Shown: piece by piece, positions 12,810 to 24,370 of the stretch
Layout of the letters: the number at the start of each line of letters is the position of its first letter
Position numbering within the stretch: position 1 is the first letter of the stretch
NCBI RefSeq assembly: GCF_006345805.1
Contig: NW_021833428.1
Location: 10,304-74,303, forward strand
DNA length: 64,000 bases
DNA from: Octopus sinensis
Taxonomy: Eukaryota
Direction: 5' to 3'
Program-made: the position numbers and the translations under genes
The notes under the pieces: generated by a model
Told to the model about the DNA's origin: nothing
The model's database searches: none
The model's input: the letters and a program-made list of their open reading frames with translations, nothing else

Positions 12810-13165
12810 TGCATATGCTTTCAGTCGATTCTCCATCTCTTCAAGCCAGAGCATATCTCTTTGATGGGCATACTCACGCATCTCACAAGGCCGGCCTCGT
12901 CTGTGGTCATTCTCAGGTCCGATTGAATGGCCTTAGTCGGCAAAGCTTTTCTCGTTGTTGTACTTCTTAACCCGATCTTTTAAGATTCTTCATATGGGAT
13001 TATTCCAAACGTGTGTTCTGTACGCATACTCTCCAATGTTTTCCCAATAACCACCGGCTTAATGTAAGCTCGAGTGGGTTCTTCGAGACCGATTGAGTCG
13101 TAGAGATGTTTATAGAATTTACTCACAATACCTTCCCATGTCAATACTAATGGTAATATACATTG
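12810..13165 (-). mobile_element. R4/Dong-like RLE retrotransposon 3' end
   Basis: PLVLTWEGIVSKFYKHLYDSIGLEEPTRAYIKPVVIGKTLES, the same motif as the copies at 13290 and 31570. Confidence 0.65.
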
Positions 13166-13289
13166 GCGTAATGGATTACTCTTAGTTCACTGGCAGGCAA
13201 ATCGTATTAATAGAGCTTTTCCACCTCAACTTGCTTCAGGATTTTTGAGAGATGATCCAATAAACTTAAAAAATTCTTTATTCAATAAA

Positions 13290-15700
13290 TGTCAATTCTA
13301 TTTTGAAATATCTAAGAATCCAGATCGTCAGATGATTTCCCTTCTTCGCTTAAAAAAAGTTTGTCAATCTTCTTTTCTTTTCCCATTTCTGTGTCAAGGT
13401 TTATGTTCACCTGAGTGTCCTTGCGGCATGCCAACTCCGCAAGTTGATTGGTGGAAGAGACGTACTCTTTGTTGTCTATCTTCACTCCGTGTGAGTGTTC
13501 AATTAACATACTCTCCAGCGTCCTATTCAGCAAAACCGACTAGATGTATTTCTAGTTTCTTTTTCAATGGATAACTTATCAATGTGACTTTTAAAGAACT
13601 TTGACACAACTCCATCCCATGTCAAGACAATTGGAATAATCTTTATTTTTGCTTCTCGAAAGACCGACAGTTCTTTTACAAGCAGGTCTTATTTGTGAAA
13701 TTTCTCCACTTCAACTTGCTTAAAACGCTCTTGTAAGGTAATTGCTACTTCGATTAATTTATTTCTTTTTCCCTCTTGTCATACACAAAATGTCAGGTTT
13801 ATTGAATTGGAATTTCGTTTAAAACATAATTGACGTATCAACTCTGATTTCAACATTTTGGATCGACATTATTGAATGTCCTTTCAATTTCCTGCTTTGT
13901 TTAATTCTATACATTCGATATACAGTGACTCCTCTGAAATTGGCCACCTCTGAAATTGACCACACTTATAAAATTATCTTAAGAAAAATTCGAATTTCCA
14001 TTGAAAGTGGCCAATTCTCAAATTGACCATAAATTTTAAAATATATTTTATATAATTTGCAAATTAATAAAATTTCAGTTATTTTATGTCTTCGAACAAT
14101 TCTCGTGGTAATTATACTCGTCTCACTTTTTATCAAAAAATACAGATTTTAACTTATAAAAATCAAAATGAAGATGTTTCATGTCAGTATTTGGCTGATA
14201 GATTCGCGTCTGAATTAAAACTGGATAATTTTAAAAACTCAAATGGATACCTTCATAAATTCAAAAAGAGGCATGGTTTTCGAATGACCAAGTTACATGG
14301 AGAAATGAGAACTAATGATCCAGTAGATGTCGACTTATTTATCGAAAAATTCATAGAAATATCAAAGAGTTATAATGCCGATCAAATTTATAACTTGGAC
14401 GAAACGGGATTGTATTACAAGCTGATTCCTTCGAAGAGTATTTGTAGAAACAGATTTCAAGGATATAAAAATTTCAAAGATCTTGTTTCTATTATGCTAT
14501 GTTCAAATATGAGTGGAAATCATAAATTGAAACCTGTGATGATCTCGAAACCTAAAATGCCAAGATGCTTTAAATCTTATGACTATAAATGTTTCATTGA
14601 TTATTATAGCTCAAAACGAGCTTGGATGACAGGAACAATTTTTACTAACTGGCTTGGATGACAGGAACAATTTTTACTAACTTTGATTACCATCTCAAAA
14701 ATGAAAAAAAGCAAATTTTACTTCTCATGGACAATTGTCCTTCACATTGTGTTCCATCAAATTTGGATAACATAAAAATGTTGTTTTTTCCTCCAAATAG
14801 TACTGGTCTTATTCAACCTGTGGATTTGGGTATAATAAAAACATTTAAAACACATTTTACTCGACACAAGTTAATGTATTTGACTGATTTGTTGGAACAG
14901 CAAAATATTTCAGTATACAGTTCCTACAAAAAGTTAACTCTAAAGGATACTGTAATTTTCGTAAAAATGGCTTGGGAAGATGTGTCTGAAAAAACGATTG
15001 CAAATTGTTTTGGAATTTTAAGCAACCCATTCAAAAAGAATCATGTAGTTGAAGTTCAAGATATTGCAGTAGAAAAAACTGACATTTTTGATCCCTTAGA
15101 AGTCGAAGAATTTCTTAATTTTGAATATTCTGAAAATGATACATTTCAAGACGTTGAGGATATTGAAAATATAAAAAATGAAGAAGAAGTAGAAGCTGAA
15201 GTAGAATCCAATGAAGTAGAATCCAATGATTCAATTGACAAATAAGACATTGTGGTTAAGTTAACTAAAATTAAAAACGACCTCCTAAAAAACATTGAGA
15301 ACGAACATGAAGTTCAATTGATTACATCCATAAGGCGCTATAAGGAAAATGTCATTAAAACTCAAAAAAAGCAGATGGGCATCCAATTCTACTTTAAGAA
15401 CATTAATAATGCTTAATTACTTAAAATTTTCTGGATAAAAGTTGTTCTTATTCAAAATTTAATTTACACAAAAGATTGATTTTATTTCTCAAATTGGCCA
15501 TTTCTCGAATTGACCACAAAAACACGTGGAACCAAAAATGGCCGATTTCAGAGGAGTCACTGTAACTGAAGATGAATACACTTAACCACTTCATTATGTC
15601 TTCGAAAATAATCACTGCTAACACATCGTGAGGCTAGATGGTCAGCAGTCTGTTTCTATTACCAGATAGAGTGACTCGGAATCTGAATGTGTCAAATTTT
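13290..15700 (-). mobile_element. R4/Dong-like RLE retrotransposon 3' part, split by the pogo insertion
   Basis: DHLASRC..SDYFRRHNEVVKCIHL (15565-15640) continues across the TA site into EIRVDT, NKPD, LIEVAIT, EVEKFHK, PIVLTWDGVV. Confidence 0.75.
13923..15562 (+). mobile_element. pogo/Tigger-like DNA transposon (CENP-B HTH + DDE_1), defective
   Basis: TA|CAGTGACTCCTCTGAAAT.GGCCA ... TGGCCGATTTCAGAGGAGTCACTG|TA. SNGYLHKFKKRHG, YNLDETGL, AWMT, LLMDNCPSH, FFPPNSTGLIQPVDLGII. A ~32-bp tandem duplication at ~14620-14683 shifts the frame. Confidence 0.93.
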
Positions 15701-15749
15701 AAGAGGACGGTATCATTATTCAGATTGTCCGACTTCAGCGCGATCATTC

Positions 15750-15998
15750 TTAGCTTCCTATCACACAGAACGGGTGAGGAACTTAATCAATTATTTGCAG
15801 AATTTTGTTCATCGTACCTGGATGAAAAAATGATGAATAATTTCCTACAAATGAAAAAATGCAATAATTTAGAAGATTGTAATTTACTTTTTGAAACCAC
15901 TTCATTTCACCTTTCTAACCTTTACTATTCATACGGAAAACGTGTTGAAGAAATGGAATAAGAAACTAAACTTTCTTAAAGCATTTCTTGGAAACTTG
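15750..15998 (+). repeat. Unidentified ~250-bp dispersed repeat (inverted copy at ~29450-29700)
   Basis: Direct reverse-complement match with few mismatches. Confidence 0.85.
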
Positions 15999-16372
15999 GA
16001 AGACGCCAAAGGAACTTACGGATTAGAGTCTCTATACACCCAATAAATTAAACCAACAATTGTTTACGGATGTACAGTATGGGGAAGCAATCTAGCATAT
16101 ACAAATGTCAAAAAATTGACAATATTCAAATGAAGATTGTAAACCTCCTAGCGAATGTCACGGGTAATCAAATTCAACCAAAGGGACTAGAAGAAATTGT
16201 GAAAGAAAACGGTGGAGACCCCAGGAAAAAAGTCAATTTTCGGGATCCCCGACCTCTTAGACAATGCGCTGTAAAACAGAGAAAAGATGCGAAGGTTTCT
16301 AAAAGAGGCTGGGATCACCTGAAATAGTTAATTATTGTTATGACGGTGTTTTTGGTCCTGATAAATAAATAA
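15998..16372 (+). mobile_element. LINE 3' end ('GIT*' family)
   Basis: IKPTIVYGCTVWG; ends GGGATCACCTGA + short UTR + (TAAA)n, like 6456-7257 and 30898-31390. Confidence 0.7.
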
Positions 16373-16539
16373 ACGACATAATAAAGCAATTAGATACTTT
16401 CACGTTCGGCTTTGTCGTTGATATGATATTCAAAGATCAAAGAGGCTTAAGACATAGTCAGTAAATTCTACAGATGCAAATGATTTCCTAGAGATACGGA
16501 TGGATACCACAATAAATACCAATGTCTTTTTCTAAAATA

Positions 16540-16760
16540 ATAAACCTGTTATTTTCTTCAAAACGTAACTCCTGAGTTGCCACCGAAATATCTTTTAAGT
16601 CACTCTGCGGTCCGCAAGGTGGACAACACGATTCGCAGAGATATGCTTGCTAAATATTTTTTAACCTGCAAGAGTAGCGATAACTCGTTTGTGTTGTTCA
16701 GAACAGGGCGGACATCCTTTCGGCATACCCGCGTCAGTCAAGAGGATCCTGCTTTAGGTA
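16540..16760 (-). mobile_element. Fragment homologous to 28750-28900 (N-terminal part of an R4/Dong-like element)
   Basis: CCTGAGTTGCCACC...CTGCGGTCCG...AACCTGCAA..TAACTCG is shared by both loci. Confidence 0.55.
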
Positions 16761-17169
16761 TATTATGTACTCCTTTATTATTAAAAACTTTGGAAGAGAG
16801 TGAAAGAAAGATACTAAACCTGGAACAAGGAATGTTTAATTTTCTTTTGTTGTTTTTCCAAGATTGTTTAAATTGGGTTTTGCCGAATTTTACAAAAAAA
16901 TAAAGTTATAATTAGTTATGGAGAGTAGTCTGTACGGATCGCTCAGCAGTTTCCTCTAAATATTGCAACACTGAGCAGTTTCCTTTAAATATGGCACATT
17001 ATTTTCATTTAAAAGCGAGAGACGTTGTTTATGTAGAAAACTGGGCCTTAAATTCTTAGATTAAAGTGATAGAATAGTGGCATTAAATATAAATAGGAAT
17101 GTGCCCGCATTAACTTGATGAATCGTCAAAAATTTATGGATGTCCTTACAAAATTCCTTGACGAATCCT

Positions 17170-17475
17170 CTATCTGGAGAATTAAAACTATACTATAAAG
17201 GAAAGATCAATGTGGCGGCATACGCAGATGATGTGAATATTATTTCCTCCGACAGGAATGCTCTAGAATGCCTATTGGAAGTGATGGCAAATAAACTTGC
17301 TGAGTCGTTCCTAAATGTAAATGTGGAGAAAACAGAATTTAGTGAACTTGTCAAATAAAAGTCTAAGCTGGACGAACATTGGCGAAAAGTTAAGAAACTT
17401 AGATCCCTATTTAGAGGCGATCAAGACGTGATAATGCGTAAAACACATGCAAACAGCGCACTACACAGCCTAAAA
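17170..17475 (+). mobile_element. RTE-like RT fragment
   Basis: INVAAYADDV..LNVNVEKTE; closely similar to 46460-46760. Confidence 0.8.
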
Positions 17476-17590
17476 AATAATTTTGTTATGATCAACTACA
17501 TAGATTATTTACTTCCAATTTTCAAAAAAAAGTTAATTGAACAGGTTTTGTATTAAAAAACATTTATTTATAAAGAAAACTAACATCTTA

Positions 17591-18745
17591 TGTCACAGTC
17601 GGATAAATAAACACGCGAATAAATAGACACCTAGCTTAAAAATATTTAAAAAATATATAAATAGTTATTTTATACATCAATATTAACAATTAGTTAAATA
17701 TTTTAGAGAAATATTGTACTTTTTAATTTATAAAAAAAGCGTGGAACTATGCGTATTGTGAAGCTCAGCAAAGAAATTCTTGAAAAAATCAAAAAAATCA
17801 GAGAAAACCAAGAAGAAAACACATTATACGACAGTCCCAGCAGAAAACAACGATTTAGGCTAAAGCAGCTTGCGAAAAACATATGCTTTGAAAATGGAAA
17901 TGTATTCTTTATTAAAAATTCAGCCAAATTGCGATTGCGACCAGAACCGCTGAGTTAGGGCTTAATAGGAGTTTCTGTCAAGTTAGAGTTGGTTCTACAA
18001 AATTAGGATTTAGTAAAAGTTTGAAATACGTTAAGCGTTAGGGTTTGGTTAGGGTTAGGCTTAATTATTTTTAGCGTTAGGGTTTTGTTAGTGTTTGGGT
18101 TGGCTTTTAGAATGTCATTGAGTTGAAGCTGAGGTATTGCTTTGAAAATGGAAATGTATATACCAGATCTCATTGATCTATGCAGATATTCTGAAATTAA
18201 CGATAAATTCTCTTGGGTATTTTAGATGAGCTAACGATTTTGTTTAAAATTTTTCATCTAAATTTTTTAGCTATCTTTAATTTCTTTCTTGCTTTCATAA
18301 CAAAGATATAAAGTTTCAAAAAAAAAAAAAATTTTTTTAAGAATTGGAAGCCCGCATAGGGTTTGGGTTAATTGTTTAAGATTTGAGTTAGGATTAGGAG
18401 CAGACGAAGCTTTTATATGGAATCTAGAATTTTTTTCTATTTTCTAATGTAAATTTTAATTATTATCTCAATTTTAACAGATTTATTTACAATTTTAAAT
18501 CATTATTTTTTAATGGTTAACCAAAAATCAAATAGATTTCTCGATAATCAATAAAAATTGTTGATGTCAGTGGGATGTTGGTTTTTTCGAGACCCTGCTT
18601 TTTTCAACAGGTACCAAAATTATTAAAAATGTGTTTAAAGTGAGATTTGGAAAAAATTAACATGTATTTTGTATGGTAATATTGCTTAAAAATGAAATTT
18701 TGAAAGTGTCCATTTATTCGCATGTCCATTTATCCGACTGTGACA
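17591..18745 (+). mobile_element. Non-autonomous Ginger2/TDD-like element (TGT...ACA TIRs, 5-bp TSD TCTTA)
   Basis: TIR TGTCACAGTCGGATAAAT.. / ..ATTTATCCGACTGTGACA. The empty site is visible in the other arm (~21190). The short ORF resembles the N-terminus of the 23085 ORF. Confidence 0.8.
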
Positions 18746-18838
18746 TCTTATAAAAATTTATTTTTCAAATTATTTAAATTTTTAAAAATTTCGAGAATTT
18801 TTTTCACCATATAAATTAATTTTCGCCGTCCGATTTAA

Positions 18839-19665
18839 ATGATTTTTGGCCCTGCAGACATTGCTGTGTTTTCGTTAATTCCGATACTGCCTATTGTCCA
18901 AATTGTCATTGAGGCACTAATGCGGAAATTGCCAGTAATTGCACATCTTCAGCCTATATAGGGAAATTTTGAGCGGTATTTGGTCGGGGATCGGAATCTC
19001 CATCTAATTCCATGCACATTGTCACTAATCGCGAACTTTAAATCCGCAATTTTTATTACATGAGTTGTTTACGAAACCTTTATGACCAACTTCCACTTTT
19101 TCTGGCTTGCTTTGGGATACATTCTAGGAGCTCTTATTTCTGGAGAATTGTTAATTCCTCATTTTTTCAAAAATAAGATCTTAAACGGATTTCAGGTCCT
19201 CATTTTTTATTTTTTTAGATTTTTACAAATCGGTTCAATTCTGAGCTCATAGAACGGGCAGTCAGTGTGGTTTATGTTTTTCAAACTGTAAACACTACCA
19301 AGCATTTTATAGGTCGCTTATCTCTCTGTCGTTATGTATGTTCCTGCAAATTTTCTCCGTCTCAGTATGATTGACTAAATAATTTGTCAGTAACTGGATT
19401 TGATCTTTGGGTGTATATTCTGATCATTTCTCGGATTTGCGTAATCTACACGACAATTGTCAGACTATTCGTAGCTATATTAGGGAGGCGTCAGGTTGGT
19501 AATACTGTCCGACATGATCCAAATGATTTTCATTGCAATCGGAATTCTAGTTATTTTAGCACTGTCGACATCAAAAGTTGACAAATCGTTCCATCAAATT
19601 CTTAATGAGGCTGCTCAAAATACTGAATTAAACGGATTCGGGTCTGAATTGTTACTTATAGTTTT
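18839..19665 (+). pseudogene. SLC5 sodium:solute symporter (SMVT/NIS-like), duplicated 5' part
   Basis: Spliced YLVGDRNL..PCTLSL.ANF.SA, YTTI..GGVR.VILSD.IQ; in-frame TGA at 19061; truncated at the fold-back junction. Confidence 0.75.
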
Positions 19666-21101
19666 GCTTAGAATAATAAACGCAATCTGCTGAGATTGAG
19701 CGGTTCTAAGCATAGGTGTGAGGGACAGCCCTGAAACAAGCACTCCAAAAACAAAACCTATCATTATAAACTGAAATACATACACAAAATTCGCAAAATT
19801 AGAAGGGATTTTGAATCTTGGTTTTCTACATTCCACTTTTACAGAGATCACGGAGTTTAACCCCAAAGACAAAGTACTAATACTTTTCAAGAAAATTTAC
19901 CTTAATGCGGCTGAGAATAATGTCCCGATAAAAAGCCCAGCCAGTCCTTTATACTTTGAAAGAACGTTAGTTACAAGATAGAACAAGATCTAGAAATTTA
20001 TCAAAACTTTAAACGTCGAATTTTGTTAAATTTTGTTCCTTTAACATCTCCTCAGTAACTAGTTGCTTAGCCACGATCCCAATAAATCCACAAAGAGTAA
20101 AAAACGTACAATTCCCGAGCAAGTGTAAATACAACGCTCTTGAATAGAATATGATTCGTACCATTTAGCCTTCTTCACGGACCCCAAACCTAAGTAGCGT
20201 TGAATCATGGTCTGATTGTCCCATAAATGCTTGACGTGAGGAAAATTTCCAAAATCAATTTTTGGAATATTCTAAAACTATAAGTAACAATTCAGACCCG
20301 AATCCGTTTAATTCAGTATTTCGAGCAGCCTCATTAAGAATCTGATGGAACGATTTGTCGACTTTTGATGTCGACAGTGCTAAAATAACTAGAATTCCGA
20401 TTGCAATAAAAATCATTTGGATCATGTCGGACAGTATTACCAACCTGACGCCTCCCTAATATAGCTACGAATAGTCTGACAATTGTCGTGTAGATTACGC
20501 AAATCCGAGAAATGATCAGAATATACACCCAAAGATCAAATCCAGTTACTGACAAATTATTTAGTCAATCATACTGAGACGGAGAAAATTTGCAGGAACA
20601 TACATAACGACAGAGAGATAAACGACCTATAAAATGCTTGGTAGTGTTTACAGTTTGAAAAACATAAACCACACTGACTGCCCGTTCTATGAGCTCAGAA
20701 TTGAACCGATTTGTAAAAATCTAAAAAAAATAAAAAATGAGGACCTGAAATCCGTTTAAGATCTTATTTTTGAAAAAATGAGGAATTAACAATTCTCCAG
20801 AAATAAGAGCTCCTGGAATGTATCCCAAAGCAAGCCAGAAAAAGTGGAAGTTGGTCATAAAGGTTTCGTAAACAACTCATGTAATAAAAATTGCGGATTG
20901 AAAGTTCGCGATTAGTGACAATGTGCATGGAATTAGATGGAGATTCCGATCCCCGACCAAATACCGCTCAAAATTTCCCTATATAGGCTGAAGATGTGCA
21001 ATTACTGGCAATTTCCGCATTAGTGCCTCAATGACAATTTGGACAATAGGCAGTATCGGAATTAACGAAAACACAGCAATGTCTGCAGGGCCAAAAATCA
21101 T
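19666..21101 (-). pseudogene. SLC5 sodium:solute symporter (SMVT/NIS-like), longer copy, 3'-truncated
   Basis: NQTMIQRYLG, GLAGLFIGTLFSAALS|TLSLGLNS, several short introns; same in-frame TGA (20877-20879). Confidence 0.8.
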
Positions 21102-21341
21102 TTAAATCGGACGGCGAAAATTAATTTATATAGTGAAAAAAATTCTCAAAATTTTTAACAATTTAAATAATTTGAAAAATAAATTTTTATAAGATGTTAG
21201 TTTTCTTTATAAATAAATGTTTTTTAATACAAAACCTGTTCAATTAACTTTTTTTGAAAATTGAAAGTAAATAATCTATGTAGTTGATCATAACAAAAAT
21301 TATTGGAACAAATTGACTTTATTTTTAAAAATTAATTTTAG

Positions 21342-21654
21342 CTAGCAAACGTTTTATCATGCAGTTTTTTTCAATTATTATTATTAAACAATAACCGCTG
21401 CTCCTGTCACCACCTATAGGGATTTGGGATCTTTGTTGTTCATTTTTTGTCGGGAAAATTTTAAAGACCTCATTATCGGGGATATTCTTAATACGTTCGA
21501 TTTTTGGAGGGCCTCCTCGTTTTGGACTATTTCTCCGATATTAGCTAATTATAATGGGAAAGGATTCTGACAGTTTATCTGTATTTTGCTAATTTGAAGT
21601 TGGTGTGCGCAGACACATAGACAGACACACACCATACCAATTTATTATTAAGAT
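21342..21654 (-). mobile_element. Possible non-autonomous Helitron-like element with (GACA/CA)n microsatellite
   Basis: Minus strand starts A|TCTTAATAATAAA..GTGTGTGTCTGTCT and has CTAG near 21342; no convincing 3' hairpin. Confidence 0.3.
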
Positions 21655-21899
21655 TTAGGTTGCATTTTAATTAAAAAGCATATTTCATGAACATGGATCT
21701 TCTATGATTTTATAATTAGACAACGATAAAGAATTTAAAAATTCTGACATTAGGACGCTTACTTATGAATTGATTTAAGTCTGTATCATAAACACGCCTT
21801 CTAACAACACAAAGAGAAATATATGAAACAATCAATATCCTATTTTCTATCAAAAAAATTTTTGTATAATTTTAACTACCTATTTAAGTGATTCTAAAC

Positions 21900-22812
21900 A
21901 TTTAAATAAATATCTGAAACATTTATTAAAAAACCAAGATTTTAAGTAATCATTAATAGTTTTTTTGACTGATATTTTCTCTATTTTTTTGCATTTTTAT
22001 TAAACTTTCAAGCATATTCACATTAAAATGATCGTCATGTAAAAATGTTTTTGAGGTCCGAAACACATTTATCGCGTCTCGATGTGTGATACATTTGTTT
22101 CTTTGACAATCTTCTATAATTAAATTGTCCAACTTGTCATTTTCATCGTTATTGTTTTGTAGAAATTCATAAAGTTCGTATTTTCAGAGTACGTAAAGTC
22201 TATAAACTCCTCTTCTTTTATGGTGTGACATGGTTTGCGTGACACCTATGGGCCCTGGTCCATTTATTTTTCCTTTCTTTTGTGGCCGAGGAGACATCCG
22301 GTTTCGCAGTGAAATCACTGATGACGGTGTCACTCGTCAATCCGGTGCATTTAATATGAATGGAACCTTCAGGCGGAATGATAAGATTGAGATTCGAATC
22401 AGGGAGCTTTGCAAAACTGCCCAAATCCTTCAAGCACTGCATCATCCGGCCGAAAATTCCATTGCTCGCCAAATTCTCTTATTCGCCACGTTTTAGTATT
22501 AAAAAAAATAATAATTTATTATTACAAAAATAATTTTGTGAATATTTATACCGCGTATCTTTTTGTGTAACATGAGGAAGTGTTCTAGTTTATCTTATAA
22601 TCAAAAAGAGAAATTATAATTTATCTTGTTGATAACTCTTCTCTGAGTTTTTATTTTCTTATCTTGCCTGGAAAAATGCGTCGGTGGATACAATATCAAA
22701 ATGTTTTCAGCACGCCAAATGGAAAAAAAGCATTGAAGAACCTATTAAGGGAGACCATAAAATAAAAAATTTCGGACAAATTATAGATAAATTAATGATC
22801 CCAGATCCCATA
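21900..22812. mobile_element. Degraded pogo-like transposase in two oppositely oriented pieces (5' part on + at ~22500-22812; 3' part on - at ~21900-22223)
   Basis: AWKNASVDTISKCF..IPDPI joins KEEEFIDFTYSENTNF, matching DPLEVEEFLNFEYSENDTF of the pogo at 14658. Confidence 0.65.
22260..22451 (-). mobile_element. Probable tRNA-derived SINE (related partial copies at ~880-950, 27130-27275, 29700-29870)
   Basis: GGCCGGATGATGCAGTG (A-box-like) .. GATTCGAATC (B-box-like; GGTTCGATTC in the 29800 copy); shared core TGACGAGTGAC.CCGT.ATCAGTGA; A-rich tail. Confidence 0.6.
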
Positions 22813-24370
22813 TGTGACATGGTTTGCGCGATACCTATGGTTTGCGCGATACCTGACGTGACCTTGAAATGTACAATTATGACATTGATGGGATTAAATT
22901 ATAAATCTTTTAATTAGACCGCGACTCATTCTTATCATTTAATAATTTACTAAATTAGCTAAAGACTCTCTCATTTTGACAAAAAATTATATTTATAGGA
23001 ATTTAATTATCAGAAATTAATTTTTTTTTGGTGGAAAACCTAAATTTCTTGAATTATTTCTAGCGTGCAAGTATATTTGCAGCAATGTCCTCGTACAAAG
23101 GTTATGTAAAGAATAGTTTGGAATATCAAATTTTAAAAGATGCTTTACAGGATAAATTTCCTGAATATCTTACAAAGCAAAAAAAATATAGACTAGTTAA
23201 GAAAATTGAAAATTTTACTGTAATTAATGAAAGGTATCATACAAATTGTAAATGTATAGATTGTATCTTAAATGTGCGAATTCAGATCACAAGCTAGTGA
23301 TTTGTCTAGACAATGGATTTTAACGGTCATTGACGTATATAGCAGGTTAGTTTTTTTATCAATTTTTATAGATTTGCATTTGCGAGGCCGCTCTACACTA
23401 AGTCCTCAAATGAAGTTTGTGAAAACCTTAGATCATTATTTTTCTTAAATGGTCCGTGTCAATTTCTTCAGTCCGATAATGGGACTGAATTCAAGAATCG
23501 TGAAATGACCAATCTATGTGAGGAATTCAATATCAAACGAATTCACGGAAGGCCAAACAATCCCCGCTCACAAGGGATTGTCGAACGCTTCAACCAGTCA
23601 ATTACAAGAAAAATGGCAAAAATGATCGACAATGATAATAAAAAGTGGCTGGAAAAATTAGAAAATGCAGTGTACAGTTATAACATTTCTGTCCACTCAT
23701 CTTCTAATGAGAGCCCTTTTGAAAGATACCGGGGAATAAGTGGAATAAATACAATATTTTATGGTTGTAATTATAAAATTATTCCTTAGATAATTCAAGT
23801 AATGATTTGTTGAGTCCTGATCAAGTCGATGATGCAAACAATTGTCCGAGTCCAATTGAAAATTCATGTAATTTGAATTTCTATATGTAGATGATTGTAA
23901 TTATTCGTTTACAAGTCCGAAAAGATTTCAGTTCGAAATCAACCCCATTGATCCTAATTCTAATTATTACAAAGCGATGAACAGAAAAATGAATGTTCAC
24001 AATAGTAAGTATGAATTTAGTGTTGGTGATAAGGTATGCATAAAAATTAATGTTTAGGTTCGAGTTAAAAAAGACTTTGGAACAAATCCTTCGTTGCGAC
24101 TGGATAAGTTTGAATCTCCATATTATCCATCTGCAGAAATTATCAGTATTTTATCGAACAATCGCGTTGAGGTAGTTTAAACATTTAAATTTAATAGATA
24201 AAAAATTCGATGAGCGAAATTTCGATTGTGCCAATGTCCAGACTTAAAAAATAATTAACAAGTTATTATTCTTTGAAGTTTAATATTAATTACAATATTG
24301 ACATTAAGTTAAGCTTCAAGGTCACGTCAGGTAACACGCGGCCCATAGGTGTCACGCAAACCATGTCACA
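22813..24370 (+). mobile_element. Ginger2/TDD-like DNA transposon with a gypsy-like DDE integrase split by ~6 mini-introns
   Basis: TIRs TGTGACATGGTTTGCG.. / ..CGCAAACCATGTCACA. WILTVIDVYSR|FAFARPL, LQSDNGTEFKN, HGRPNNPRSQGIVERFNQ, YN..H; no LTRs. Confidence 0.85.

Larger units (their letters stand above)
17476..21304. repeat. Fold-back inverted duplication: arms 17476-19665 (containing a 1.15-kb insertion) and 20274-21304, with a ~610-bp spacer
   Basis: About 1 kb of near-perfect reverse-complement identity; mirrored ORFs 19384/20334 and 19496/20255. Confidence 0.95.

Noticed and set aside
19061-19063. TGA at a conserved position in both SLC5 arms as stop-codon recoding or selenocysteine
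   Set aside because: No other gene here needs TGA readthrough, several end in TGA, and both copies are truncated; pseudogenisation is simpler.
21660-21830. Integrase-like scrap (HGSSMIL.LDNDKEFKN)
   Set aside because: Too short and decayed to delimit as an element.
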